Positions 37,831 through 50,589 of a DNA stretch of 64,000 bases are shown here, piece after piece. A model generated the notes under the pieces. It made no database searches. It saw only the letters and a program-made list of their open reading frames with translations, and was not told the origin of the DNA. Position 1 is the stretch's first letter, and each line of letters starts with the position of its first letter. Source of the stretch: Squalus acanthias (lineage: Eukaryota); NCBI GenBank assembly GCA_030390025.1, contig CM059433.1:6698001-6762000 (forward strand), in the 5' to 3' direction. The position numbers and the translations under genes are program-made.

Positions 37831-38669
37831 ATGCCAGCTTTTACATTGATACAAAGTAATTACTGCATCGAATCAGCACAAAGCTGGAATAATAACTATG
37901 TTGATGGATCAGAGATCAGGTCTTGTTTGAAATCATAGTTTAATATTTAGTTAGGTTTTTACATGGTTTAAAAACAATCAATAACTGTGTGACTCAGTGT
38001 ACAAATGTCCATATAAAATTTATTCCCTTTGGTATACAATAAAGCTTTGAATACATCTTTTCAAATGCATGTCAAAAGTCAGAAAAACACTTCAATAATG
38101 CAATAAAAGTAGTTGCGAATTAGCCCTTTTCCATTTTCTTCTGAAAAAATTTGGATTATAATTATAGGATGTCAGGAAGGTGTTAACGATACTCAATTGT
38201 AGCATAACCTCTTACCAAAAATATACATATAGAGATGTATGTCTTTATTATGTAATTGTATAAAACTGCAATAATTCTTTTCCTTAGCTATTAAAGGCCA
38301 GGCCCTTATTTACCAGACATTACGTTTTTTAATGTTTTCATTTACTGAGTAACCTTTTGTTTGATTTACATGTTGAAGAATGTCAAAAAGTGTATTTTTT
38401 TTGGTTAATTCTCTACAATAGAGTGCTGACAAAAGCATCTGCAAGTAGGGGAATTATTTTGACAAAATATTTCACTATCCTTCTGCTGTGGTCAAAAAGA
38501 TGAGGTTTGATTAAGAATAACTTGTTGCTCTAACAATTGTAGAGCTTTAAAACAGAACATCTTTAACAGGCAGCACTATCATATCACTATTCTTCCATAT
38601 TTGTTTGTCAAAATGTTACACAAACATGATTTAGTGCATTTTTTTCCCATCCAATGTTCTCCTCTTCTA

Positions 38670-38982
38670 AAAATGCTAATATTGGATATAGCCCCATGAA
38701 TAAAGGTATCTTTACTGTGGCCACTCTTCACGTATGACCCCAGGCAATGAATGTCAGTGTGACATTCGACCATGGGGACCATCACAGTTGAACCACAGCC
38801 TCCCTTTACCTGATGTCAAAACATGTATTTCCAGCAGGGGGCGCTATACAGCAATCCAAAGTGGCAACTCAGGCTGATTTCTTTCCCTTCCTAAGCTATG
38901 GGGACTGTGTCCAATTGTCGAGCCCCTCACTGTGACTGAGATCAGCTAACACAGCACAGACTAGGGATCAAACCTGGGACCA
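38670..38982 (-). mobile_element. Old tRNA-derived SINE fragment (family unassigned)
   Basis: Minus strand ggtcccaggtttgatccc B-box-like sequence followed by a SINE-like body. Confidence 0.45.
38831..38846 (+). promoter_or_regulatory. CTCF-binding motif
   Basis: CCAGCAGGGGGCGCTA fits the CTCF core consensus CCASYAGRKGGCRS. Confidence 0.55.
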
Positions 38983-40144
38983 CTGGGGGCTGAAAATCTG
39001 TACTTCTTCGGGCTCATTTTTACCACAGCCACGACAGGGTGCGCTGGAAGGGGGCACAAATTAGGCCGGGACCCAGAGACGCAGGACCTGACTTTACAGC
39101 GGGGATTTTGTGAAGCCTTGTAAGGGGTAGAAGTCTCTGTCCCCCCCTTTTGCAAGGTCAGTGGGCGTAGGAATGGCAAGGGAGAGGACTCCCAATGCCG
39201 GGTCTTCCCGCATGCCCAACCTCTCAGTCGGCGGGTTGCACCATCAGCGGCAGTACCAGCCGCCAAATTTCGGGTGTGGGGCCCACTTGGGTGTCCAGGC
39301 TGGGATCTCAGCTTGGACCCCTGAAGATAAAAGGTGGCCCCATACAAAGGGGCCACTTGGAGCAATTCTTTTACTTATTTATATGGTGGGGGGGGGGGAG
39401 GTGGCAGAAACCCCAGTGGACCTGGCACAGTACGCCACAGTATGTGGTCTCTTCAGTGAGCAGTCACCCGAGATGTACCCCTGGGGGCATGGATGCTGCC
39501 ATTGGGATTCAAAGTAGGGGACCTCCCCGCCATGCCACTAGGTCACCGCGACCAGTGGCAGACGTTCCCAGCGGATGTAACCCAGTATTTACACCACGAC
39601 CCGCATCCTACAGATTTTCGGCCCCTTGGTCCGTACGCCTCAGTTCCACACTATATGGTGCAATGGGCGGAGCCGGCCTCGAGATTTCAATTTAAAAGCA
39701 ATTTTTAAACCACTAATTATTCAATTAAAAGCTCAGCTCGAGATAACAGGAATTTAGCAGGGTCCCGTTAAACAGACTGCAGCAGATGTTTGGATACCTC
39801 AGCCGTCACAGTCGGATGTGCAGTTGCGCGAATAACACGGACACGACAAACTTACAACGTGGTGAGAGAAAGATGTGCCATAAAAATACATGAGTGAGTT
39901 TTGAAAATATTGAGAGTTACTGAAATGATTGGTTCTGAGATTCAAAATCAAATCATCTGCCACAGGTTAACGTGTAAAGTAATTTTTCAGTGCACGCTTC
40001 ATTTTGGAAGAACAATAAAAATTCCTTCGTACCGTTAGGATGCGGTAACAGCCTGTACTGGAAGCTATAACAAAATTAATGTTCAAAATTTCTGTAATTA
40101 CTTCACTATGGCAATAACTTTCTAATCATGATTGCAGTGACCTA

Positions 40145-40150
40145 TTTATT
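40145..40150 (-). promoter_or_regulatory. GRHL1: Candidate GRHL1 polyadenylation signal AATAAA
   Basis: tttatt on the + strand about 1.25 kb after the stop, at the end of a repeat-free AU-rich stretch. Confidence 0.35.
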
Positions 40151-41403
40151 GATGGTCGCTGTCACAGCGAGTGCACAATCACAGCCGACCATCTGTTTTA
40201 AAGCAAAACACTAACCTGGCCTCAAATTGGCAGATTACTGGAAAAGAAAACTACAGGTTTAATAACCCTTTATATTTTCCCAGGAAACCATAAAAATAGT
40301 TTTAAATTTACCTTAACTGTTTTTCTAAAAAAAAATATATTGTTCCATCGTAAACATTTAGAAACACAGTTGAGGTTCTTTTTTTTTAAATAAAATTAAA
40401 CAATACAGTTTATCTGTAAAACTTAAAGACCCAGACCCTCATCCTTAGTAAACCTTTTTTTTTTGTAAATGACAATGATAAAAGGTGGCACAAACTTATA
40501 TATTTCTGTGATAATATATTGCACTTAATATACACAAAAAAAAACATGGCTTTAATTCTATGGCTTCTTTAGCCATTCACTGCATTTTCCTGTAGTTAAG
40601 GCAGTCCAACACCTATACAAAGGAGTCTTAACCGCCATTTGTGTGAAAATGTCACAAAGGACATTCTTTCAAGTGCTCTGTCTCAAATGTTAATTCCTGC
40701 AGTTGATTTTTTTAAGTTATAAAAAGGTAACATTTAAATTTCTAAAATCTGAATTTAAGACAAGACATGGATTGAGACAAAACAGTATTTACCTTCCATA
40801 ATAAAAATATAGGATACACAATTACAAGGGTGTAACGCAACAAGGAGCTCAACTGCTATCACCTGAACCCCAAGTGTAGCTCCAGCTTTGAAAGACACTG
40901 CTGTGCACTTGTTATTCTATATAATATATACAAGACTAACAAGGGCATGGTTTGCTTATATTGCAATTTTTCTTTGGTTAAAATATGTTGACATACTTTA
41001 TGCATTTTGTTGGAGATGTTGTACGTTTATATCAATGTTGTTATCACAGTGGTGAGGGATTTAATTGAGGAGCTCGGGGGAATGAATAGAAAAAGACTGG
41101 AGAAATTATTGGTGGAAACCCGAGGATCATAGCATGGGATCAATTGGCTGTTACTTTACTGTGATGTCTGACCTTAGGTGATTATGATTGCACACCACGC
41201 TCACTGGAGTATTACACATTTTCACTTTGGAGGTCGGTATTGACTTATGCAATGTGTCTGGTATATATTATATTGTGTTTTCACACTGTCTTTTTTTTCC
41301 GTTTATTCCTCTGTTCTCACATTGTAGGTGTGCCATTAGCATGGCCAATAAATGCATAAGACTGACAATGAGCTATAAAATAGTAACTACTAGTCAATTC
41401 TCT

Positions 41404-41518
41404 TCATATCTCAGCAAAAGTGAGCTTGTAGGATCCTGCAGCCTCTTCAATGCTTAGTTGGAATGTGTCTTCATTAGAATAGTGCTTCACAATATTATCA
41501 TCCATATTCACCAAGATG
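41404..41518 (-). CDS. GRHL1: GRHL1 last coding exon (dimerisation domain and stop)
   Basis: ILVNMDDNIVKHYSNEDTFQLSIEEAAGSYKLTFAEI then TGA; C-terminus is GRHL1-type; adjacency to KLF11 matches known synteny. Confidence 0.95.
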
Positions 41519-42354
41519 CTAGCAACAGAATGAGAGCATGTCAATATATACCTTTTGATAATATTCCAAAAATTACAAGAATTCCATTCTGCTGCCACTT
41601 TAACACTTTCAGAATTTAAGTGGCAATGTGATCACAAAAGTCCCAGACCCTTCAGCGCAGGGCCACGAAGACTGAAGAGGAGACGACTAGATGAATCAAT
41701 TAGCATTAAGTAACATCAAGCACGGGCTTTGAAAGCTGGCAGATTGTCGGAGGGAGGAAGGACTAAAAGGAGGCAAAACATTCCACACTTTTGAGCTCCT
41801 GAGAAAGAATAAAAGTTACTGTGTTGATAATTCTCTTCATTTCAACACAGCGAGGATACACAAAGGAGGAAGTGTGTGTGTCGGACAGTGTATTCAGAAG
41901 GATCAAAGAGGCAAGTTAAGAGGTGCAGTGACCAAAGTAGCATCAATAAAATAGATGGAGGATGCATCAAGAATACAAAATGGATATTTAAAGAACCAGG
42001 TTCTGTGCCCAAGGAGGTTGAAAGCAGATTGATATTGTTGGTCTGGGACTGTAGAAATAAAGCAAAGCAGTTGTGTTGAGGAGGCAGAAAGTTCCTTAAA
42101 ATGCTCCAAGCACAATAAAGGGAAGAAGGCTGAAAATTAATGGATCAAAAATAAAAACACAACAGTTGAAACTTTCAAGACCGAGATCAACAGATTTTTG
42201 TTAGGTAAGGATATCAAGAGACCCTTAATCAAAGGCGAGTAAATGGAGTTGAAGTACAGATCAGCCATGGTCTAATTAAATGGCAGAACAGGCTTGAGGG
42301 GCTGAGTGACCTATTCCTGTTCCTAAATGGGGGGAGGGGAGGCATAAATAAAAG

Positions 42355-44330
42355 CATTCAACAACAACTTACATTCATAGAGTGCCTTTAATGCAGAAAA
42401 AACACCCAAGGCACTTTATAAGAGGAGGAAAAAAAGGAATGGGGTTGTTAAGCTATGGTGAGCAAGACTAGGAAGTGACTGAAAGCTTGATTAAAAAGAT
42501 GGGTTTTAGAAGGCTTTTAAAAAGTGGAGAGAGAACAGCTGGAGGGATTTTGGGAGGGAGTTTTGGACAGAAGAGCTGAGGTCTCTGCCTTGGTGGAATG
42601 AAGGGAGGAGGTGATGTACAAAAGGGCACAATTGGAGGACCGAAGGATGCACGAGGCTGTGGAGATTGTGGAGGTAGGGTGGGGTGAGGACTTGGAGGGA
42701 ATTGAAGATGACTGCAATGATTTTAAATTCAATGCATTGAGGGATTGGGAACAAGTGTAAATCAGCAAGGTCAGGGATGGTGGATGAGCGGGTTAGTGCA
42801 GGACAGGTTACGGGCAGCTGAGTTTTGAAGAGTTGAAGAGTTGGAGTTTATGGAAGGTGCAGGATGGGAGGTCAGCAAGGAAACCGAGTCTATAGGTGAG
42901 AAAAGGATGGTTAAGAGTTTCAGTGTGGTGGGGGTGAAGCCGGGTAGTGTTACAGAGATGGAAGCGGTCTTGGTAATGAATTAGATGTGGGGCTTGAAAC
43001 TCAACTGTGGAGCGAACAAGATGCCAAGGTTTCACACGGCCTGAGCGAGTGGCTGGGGAGGGGAATGGAGTCAGTAGGAGAAGAGCAGAGTTTATGGCAG
43101 GGGCTGAAAAACAACGGCTTTGGTCCTCTTGATGTTCAGTTGGAGGAAGTTTTGACTCATCCTCGATTTAATATCAGACAACGCAGAGTGGTGATGAGGT
43201 GAAAGAACACAATGGTGAGGAAAAGCCGAGTGTCATCAACATAGCAATCTAGCCCTGTGCCCACAGATGATATCACCAAGGGGCACCACGTAGATGAAGA
43301 AAAGGAAAGGGTCAGTAGCAGATACTTGGGGAGCGTCGAAGGTGACTATGCAAAGGCTGGAAGAGATTCCATTACTGGAGATACCCTAGTTGCATCAAGA
43401 CAGGCAGGAGTAGAATCAAGTAAGAGCAGTCCCATGGAGCAGGATAGCAGAAGAAGCGATGGAACAGAACATCATAGTCAACCATGTCACATACTGGGGA
43501 TGGTGAGGATGACAAGCAGGGATAACGCACCATGGTTGCAATTACAGAGGATGCCAGTTGTGACTGTGGCCAGAGTTGTCCTAGTGCTGTGAGCTGGGCA
43601 GAAGCTGAATTGGAGGGATTTGAACAGGAAGTTGTGGGAGAGGTGGGCATAGAACTGGGAAGGTGTCGGCATGTTCAAGGACCTCCTGAAGGAAAGGGGA
43701 GTTAGGGATTGGAATGCAGTTGAGGAGCATGGATGAGTCACATTGGGCTTTTTGAAGAGAGGGAATGGGAGAGAAGACAGCATCTGAGCAAAGGGAGCTA
43801 TTAACAATGTTGGCAAACATGGGAGCCAGTAAAGGTAATTGGAGTGGTCGGGAGTTAGGGATCGAGGAAAGAAGAGGTGGATCTTATAGAAGAGGTGAGC
43901 TTGGAGAGGACAGGCAGAGGGAGAGGGGCAAGAAACTGCAGAATGCTGGAGCAATGGGGCTGGAGTGAGACAGGAGCTGAGGAGTTGTCAGGAGTGGGGA
44001 GGAGGGGGGGAAGAATTAGAGGCGACTCTGCAGATGGTCTCAATCTTTGAGAAATCGACAAGCTCTTCACACTTGTTGGAGGTGAAGGGGGCAGGGAAAG
44101 GAGTTTGACGAGGCCATTTGTCATGGAGAAAAGGAGCCCTGGGTTGTCCCTTGCCCTCCAGGATAACCCTGGAGTAACACAATTTGGCGGAGGAGAGGGA
44201 GGAATGGGAGTCTTTAACATGGTCGAGCCAGACCTGTGAATGAAGGACTAGACCATCTTGTATTAGGGGCACTCAAGTTTGCAGCTCTCTGAGTTAATGG
44301 AGTGAGGATGGAAGCTGTATCGGGAGAGTG
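42355..44330 (-). mobile_element. Decayed L2-like LINE
   Basis: Degenerate LQFSFCPAHSTRTTLATVTTGILC (L2 QSGFR..HSTETAL); (ttg)n-type tail at ~42360. Confidence 0.65.
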
Positions 44331-44417
44331 GCAGATATACTTGTTTAGTTAATTAGCTTATTGTAGAATGATTTCCCCCAAACAACCAACACTAACTGCA
44401 AAGTAGCATTTACTCAC

Positions 44418-44482
44418 CCTTTCTTGCATTTCTTGTAGACTTTTGCAATTTTCTCACGGGGTACTTCATATTTTTCTGAAAT
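44418..44482 (-). CDS. GRHL1: GRHL1 exon (~exon 15)
   Basis: ISEKYEVPREKIAKVYKKCKK(G); 65 nt; ctag acceptor and gtgagt donor. Confidence 0.93.
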
Positions 44483-44536
44483 CTAGAATGACAGACCAAT
44501 CAGTCAAGCTGGTCCTTTTAAAATCAATTGCGATTT

Positions 44537-45710
44537 CATAGAATTATACAGCACAGAAGGAGGCCATTCGGCCCATCATGCCTGTGCCAGCTCTTTGAAA
44601 GAGCTCTCCAATTGTCCTACTTCCCCCTGCTCTTTCCCCATAGCCCTGAAAAAATTTCCGTTTCAAGTATATATATACAATTCCCTTTTGAAAGTTACTT
44701 TTGAATCTGCTTCCACCGCCCTTTCAGAAAGTGCATTCCAGATCATAATAGCTCACTGCGTAAAATAAATTCTCCTCATCTCCTCCTGTTTCTTTTGCCA
44801 ATTATCTTAAATCTGTGTCCTCTGGTTATCGACCCTCCTGCCAATGGAAACAGTTTCTCCCTATCTACTCTATCAAGATTCCTCATAATTTTGAACACCT
44901 CTATTAAATCTCCCCTTGTCTTTCTCTGCTCTAAGGAGAATTATCTCAGCCTTGCCACATAACTGAAGTCCCTCATCCCTGGTACCATTCGAGTAAATCT
45001 CCTCTGCACCCTCTCCAGGGTCTCGACATCCTTCCTAAAGTGCGGTGCCCAGAATTGCACACAATACTCCAGCTGAGGCCTAGCCAGTGATTTATAAAGG
45101 TTTACCATAACTTCCTTGCTTTTGTACTCTGTGCTTCTATTTATAAATAGCCATGATGTGGAGATGCCGGTGTTGGACTGGGGTGGACAAATGTGAGAAG
45201 TCGCACAACACCAGGTTATAGTCCAACAGTTTTATTAGAAATCACGAGCTTTCGGAGCGGCTGCTCCTTCGTCAGGTGAAGTGAAGTCACCTGACGAAGG
45301 AGCAGCGCTCCGAAAGCTTGTGATTTCTGATAAAGCTGTTGGACTATAACCTGGTGTTGTGCGACTTCTCACATTTATTTATAAAGCCAAGGATCCCATA
45401 TGCTTTTTTTTAACAGTCTTCTCAACTTGTCCTGCCACCTTCAAAGACTTGTGTACGTCCACCCCCAGCTCTTTCTGTTCCTGCACCCCCTTTAAAAGTA
45501 TAGCATTTCGTTTATATTGCCTCTCCTCATTCTTCCTACCAAAATGCATCACTTCACACTTCTCTGCATTAAATTTCATCTGCCATGTGTCTGCCCATTT
45601 CACCAGTCTGTCCTCCTAAAGTCTGCTACTATCCTGTTCACTGTTTACTACATTTCCAAGTTTTGTTTCATTGGCAAACGCTGAAATTATGCTCCCTATA
45701 CTCAAGTCTA
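44537..45710 (-). mobile_element. CR1 LINE 3' fragment in a GRHL1 intron, hosting the foldback element
   Basis: WADTWQMKFNAEKCEVMHFG; CR1 tail. Confidence 0.85.
45148..45375. mobile_element. 228-bp Penelope-derived foldback element with two inverted hammerhead motifs
   Basis: 10-bp TSD tatttataaa (45138-45147 and 45376-45385); ~90-bp inverted arms; hammerhead cores at 45287-45323 (+) and 45242-45279 (-). Confidence 0.85.
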
Positions 45711-46404
45711 GATTTTTTATATATTATATATATATATATAGACACAGATAAATATATAGTGAGATGAATTTAATCTTTGTATGTGTGAATACATTGATAA
45801 TATGAAGAAAAACTCACAAAACACCAGTGGAGGTGGCTAATGGGAGTTACTATATTATAAATGAAGCCTTGATGCCCAATCCCATGGGGCTCGTTCAGTA
45901 GTAGATGAAGTACCTGAACTCAGCCAGGATGGGAGTAAGTGCATCGCAATTGGCTTCGTCAACGCTGAGTTTGGGAGAGTAAAAGGATAATCACTGAGCT
46001 TTCTGTTTCAGACGCTGTGCTTTCTCAGCTTTTTATGTTTTTATTGATGATGTCATGTTTATTGGTCCTTTTTGAAATATATGGAAATCTCTCACAGCTT
46101 TAAATTATTGTTTTCCTTCTGTCAGCAGATAGCAAGATGATCACTAACATGAAGAAAGCTATAGTACCTATAATAAGAACAATTTTTTTATGAAATAGAT
46201 ATATTTCTTTTTAAAAAGTTCTGTGGACACGGCAAGCACTGCAACATCATCTACTACCAAAGGGCCACTAAGGATCCCTCTAAAGTACAGAAGTGAGAAA
46301 TATCCACGTCGAGACCTGCATTTCCTGCGTAGATGGAATAATCAGAAGAAATAAGCGAAAGTAATTAGGTGCCAGAACATCTGAACCAGTTTTCTTTTAC
46401 TTAC

Positions 46405-46490
46405 CGCCTCCATTAGACCTTTCAGAGAAGGGGTTTTCAACATGAGTGCATCAAACACCTCTTCACATTCCTTCCTGACGTAAAGCAAAA
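46405..46490 (-). CDS. GRHL1: GRHL1 exon (~exon 14)
   Basis: (V)[28 protein letters not shown]; 86 nt; ttcag acceptor and gtaagt donor. Confidence 0.95.
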
Positions 46491-47070
46491 CTGAAAACAG
46501 ACGGTGAGAGTCTGAATGTAAAGTGAAAAACAGAAAGACCTTCCAGACATTTGTGATCCCTTCTCTGGCACCGTAACTAAAGCACTATATAGCTTGACAC
46601 AACATAGTCTATATATTTGTTTTTGAAGCGTTTGGAATCGGGCTTGTTAAAAGTATCAGGATTTTATGATATCTGCGTGGGGTACAAGCAGCGAATGACT
46701 CACGTTAATCACTGTTGTCACACGTGAGATTTTGGTAGAGCCAAAGTGGATGTTTCTACATCAACAGGAAACGACTGTTAATCTGGCCAACTAAACAACT
46801 GAAAAGCAGCGTCCAAACTGAGTGAAGGTCACATAGTTTGGCACTCGCCACTGTCCAGGTTTCTGGGCCAGTGCGGGATCCAGTCTACGTAGCTGTGCTT
46901 GTCAACATAGTGTTTATGAACAGAGTTCAGATACGTACTGACAAAAGTACACTGCACCAGTGCCAAATGCTCTTTGCTCACCATTGTGCTGCCAGCTACT
47001 AATATCCAACAAATAACAGTGATTATATGAAGGGAGCTTGAATCTACTTCCACGTGGTGCATGAACTTTT

Positions 47071-47434
47071 CTTCTCTTCTCTCTTAGGCAGTCCCTCGGA
47101 ACCGAGGATGACTTGCTTCCACACTAAAAATGAGTTCTCAGGTGACTGATGAGTCCAATGCGGGACCTACAGTCTCTGTCACAGGTGGGGCAGACGGCGG
47201 TTGAAGGGGCGGGTGGGTGGGGTGCGCTGTTGGGGTTGTCCATGAGGGTCCTGACATTCCAGGTCCCGAACTCCATTTTAAAGGGTGGAAGATGCCTGTG
47301 CGTGAATTCTTTTAACGTGGGGTGGCCGTTGCACACCAGCTACCACACGGGGCTTGACAGAGCAAGGTCTTGGTCCAATGGCAAGGGGGATCCAAGACGA
47401 TTGGAGACCAGGCTCTGCTACATCGGCCTAGCAC
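47071..47434 (-). mobile_element. Internally deleted (bipartite) RTE non-LTR element
   Basis: RTE N-terminus FGTWNVRTLMD fused to RTE C-terminus CPTCDRDCRSRIGLISHLRTH; (gaaga)n tail; actttt flanking duplication. Confidence 0.8.
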
Positions 47435-47489
47435 ACTTTTAGTCAGTTGATGGCTAGAACTGCGCCACCTGACACGATGGAAAGCACTT

Positions 47490-48080
47490 CTTGCTGCAGT
47501 TGTACAAGGCCTTGGTGAGACCACACCTTGAGTATTGTGTGCAGTTTTGGTCGCCTTATCTGAGGAAGGATGTTCTTGCCATGGAGGGAGTGCAGCGAAG
47601 ATTCACCAGACTGATACCTGGGATGGCAAGAATGACATATGAAGAGAGATTGGGTCGATTGGGCTTGTATTCGCGAGAGTTTAGAAGAATGAGAGGGGAT
47701 CTCATTGAAACTTATAAAATTCTAACAGGACTAGACAGACTAGATGCAGGAAGGATGTTCCTGATGGCGGGGGAGTCCAGAACCACAGTCTAAAGATAAG
47801 GGGTAAGCCATTTAGGACTGAGATGAGGAGGAATTTCTTCACCCAGAGAGTGGTGAACCTGTGGAATTCTCTACCACAGAAGACAGTTGAGTCCAATTCA
47901 TTAAATAGATTCAAGAAGGAGTTAGATATATTTTTTAAGGCTAAGAGGATCAAGGGATATGGGGAGAAAGCAGGGACAGGGTACTGAATTTGGATGATCA
48001 GCCATGATCGCATTGAATGGCGGAGCAGGCTCGAGGGGCCGAATGGCCTACTCCTGCTCCTATCTTCTATGTTTCTATGT
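47490..48080 (+). mobile_element. CR1 3' fragment
   Basis: LYKALVRPHLEYCVQFW; ctatgtttctatgt tail. Confidence 0.9.
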
Positions 48081-48531
48081 ATCCCTCATCTGTGGTGTAG
48101 TACTGAACAAACTACACTGTACATAGGTACAACCGCCAACGTAATATCAAAGATGTCCCTTTAAAATAACATATATGTAGATATATATATAGATACACAA
48201 TCTGGGCCCAGCTATCTGACAGATTCTCCTAAAATTTTCTGATTATCTGTTTCAAAGTGATTTTTACAAATAGTAAACAAAGAGGTTGATCGTTTTTCAA
48301 AGTTAAACAGAAAACCCCAGGCAATCAAAAAAAAAGGTCGCTTGATCTAGTCTTACATTTTTCAAATTTATTTTATCCCTTTTTTTTTTGCTTCCCTTCT
48401 TTAGCTCCAAAACAGCCCCAATTCTCCAACCCACACTCCATGCGAGTACAGCTCTCCGCAGGGAGGGCAGGCTCGAATGACCCAATATATTCCTGACGCA
48501 CTCTGCTCTGTGCTGGGAGGAGTAAGACAGT

Positions 48532-49030
48532 GGGCCGTATTTTGCGACCCCCTCCCCCCCCCACGGGTGCGTATGAGGCGCGCGCGTGCCCGTAGGGGCC
48601 GCGCAAGTGCCGGGTTTAGGCGCACGAAGCGCACGCGCTAAAACCTGGCACTTGCGATCTGTCAAGAATCTTCTTGACAGATCCTCCGCATCCCCGGGAG
48701 ACGGGCCTCCGCGGGTGGAGAGTTGCGCTATTTGCCCAACTTCCGCCCGCTGAAAGGCCCGTGGAATTCTTACACCTGGGAAGAACAGGCGTAAGGCCTG
48801 CGCTTACCACCATAAGAGTTTTAAAAAATAGAAAAATAAAATGTTATCACTCACTTATACTTTAAAAACCCTGTCTAATAAGGTAAGTTTATTTGTAGCC
48901 CCATTAAAACATATTAAAAAAATTCAAAAAGTTACCTTTTTGTATAAAATATTTAATTAAATGCCATTTTAATTAATTTTATATGTGTAATTAATTTTTT
49001 TAATTTAATGTGTTTGTGTATTTTTTAAGT
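48532..49030. mobile_element. Truncated Harbinger-type MITE
   Basis: Starts gggccgtattttgcg; GC-rich then AT-rich body like 3322-4040; second TIR not found. Confidence 0.5.
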
Positions 49031-49486
49031 CTTTCTCCCAATCAAATGATTTATCTCCTTCACAGTAAGAAATATAATTTAAGTGTTGCTTGCTTCAGCC
49101 AACTGAGGTCGCTCACCCATGGGAAATTATCTAATGGATCTCAACTGGTAGCACAAATGGTGCTCGTTAACCTCACAAATCAATTAAATCGCATTCCATT
49201 TGTGGCATTGTCAAATAATTTCTTAATATGAATAGAAAGTTTCTGAACAGGTGCAACAAGCCTTGTGACAGGTGGTTAGAATGCCAGTGAGGAAACACTC
49301 ACCCACCCCCTGGGCTGCGACCCCAAGAATCTCAGTGAGGCTCACACAGCAACACGACTGAGTCAGTCTCCCTCGTTCCTACGGTGTCTGGAGTTGAAAG
49401 TGTGTCTGGATTTGTCCCCTCTGCTCTGCTATTGTCAGGATGGCCTTTATATAGGGCAAAAGGGGAGCATAATGGAGGGTTCCAAC

Positions 49487-49912
49487 AATGGGCCTATAGT
49501 CTCTGGAGTTTAGAAGAATGAGAGGTGATCTCATTGAAACATACAAGATTCTGAGGGGGATTGACAGGGTAGATGCTGAGAGGTTGTTTCCCCTGGCTGG
49601 AGTGTCTAGAACTAGGGGGCATAGTCTCAGGATAAGGGGTAGGCCATTTAAGACCGAGATAAGGTGGGATTTCTTCACTCGGAGGGTTGTGAATCTTTGG
49701 AATTCCCTGCCCCAGAGGGCTGTTGATGCTGAGTCTTTGAGTATATTCAAGGCTGAGATAGATAGATTTTTGGACTCTAGGGGAATCAAGGAATATGGAG
49801 ATCAGGCGGGAAAGTGGAGCTGAGGTCGAAGATCAGCCGTGATTTTATTGAATGGTGGAGCAGGCTCGAGGGGCCGCATGGCCTACTCCTGCTCCTATTT
49901 CTTATGTTCTTA
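49487..49912 (+). mobile_element. CR1 3' fragment
   Basis: RGDLIETYKILRG...; ttcttatgttctta tail. Confidence 0.88.
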
Positions 49913-50409
49913 AAACAAATCCTTCCATTGTGCATCAAAGCAAAGAGCATAATAAAATGTGGAACATGCAGCCGCCAATTGTGGGGTGAAGGGAGGGGAG
50001 TTGCACAAAAGGCCAGAGTCAGAAGAATGGAGAGTCTGTGAGGTGGGTGTAGGGCAGGAGGAGGTTACAGCGATATGGAGAGGTGAAGCTGTGAAGGGAT
50101 TTCAACACGAGAATGAGGATTTGAAATCTGAAGCATTGGGGGACCGGGAGACACTGCTAATATCGCACAGTGTCATTTCAAGCCCAGAGAACTTTTCTTT
50201 TTTTACAAGAGTGAAATAGAACAAATTACATCTCAAACCAAAACAGGTCCCACTACTTATTGTTGGAAGTCATGTTCATTCTCTCAAAAACTATTTTTAG
50301 TTCACATGGACTACACAAAGTTGGTATAGTTGTGACTTCTCCCATTCCCAAGAACATTTTTGATGGAATAATATCTGCTCCATATCTCCAGTCCACCAGA
50401 AACATTTAC

Positions 50410-50495
50410 CTTTCTTTGGCTCTTCTAGCCTGAGGATCTTACTGTGTGAACCAAAATCTTCATCAGCCAGGTATGGCAGCCTCTTTATCCCTGAT
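50410..50495 (-). CDS. GRHL1: GRHL1 exon (~exon 13)
   Basis: SGIKRLPYLADEDFGSHSKILRLEEPKK; 86 nt; ttcag acceptor and gtaaat donor; phases consistent with neighbours. Confidence 0.88.
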
Positions 50496-50589
50496 CTGAA
50501 AGATTGATTGCATGTACTGTTCAGAAGACCAGTGTAGTGGTACATTGCTAATCATTAGGAATTAAATGCACAATTTTCTAAAGATTGCT

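Noticed and set aside
47146..47170. CTGATGA-gtcc...ggac hammerhead-like start
   Set aside because: No GAAA after the stem; it is the antisense of the RTE coding end (RIGLISH)
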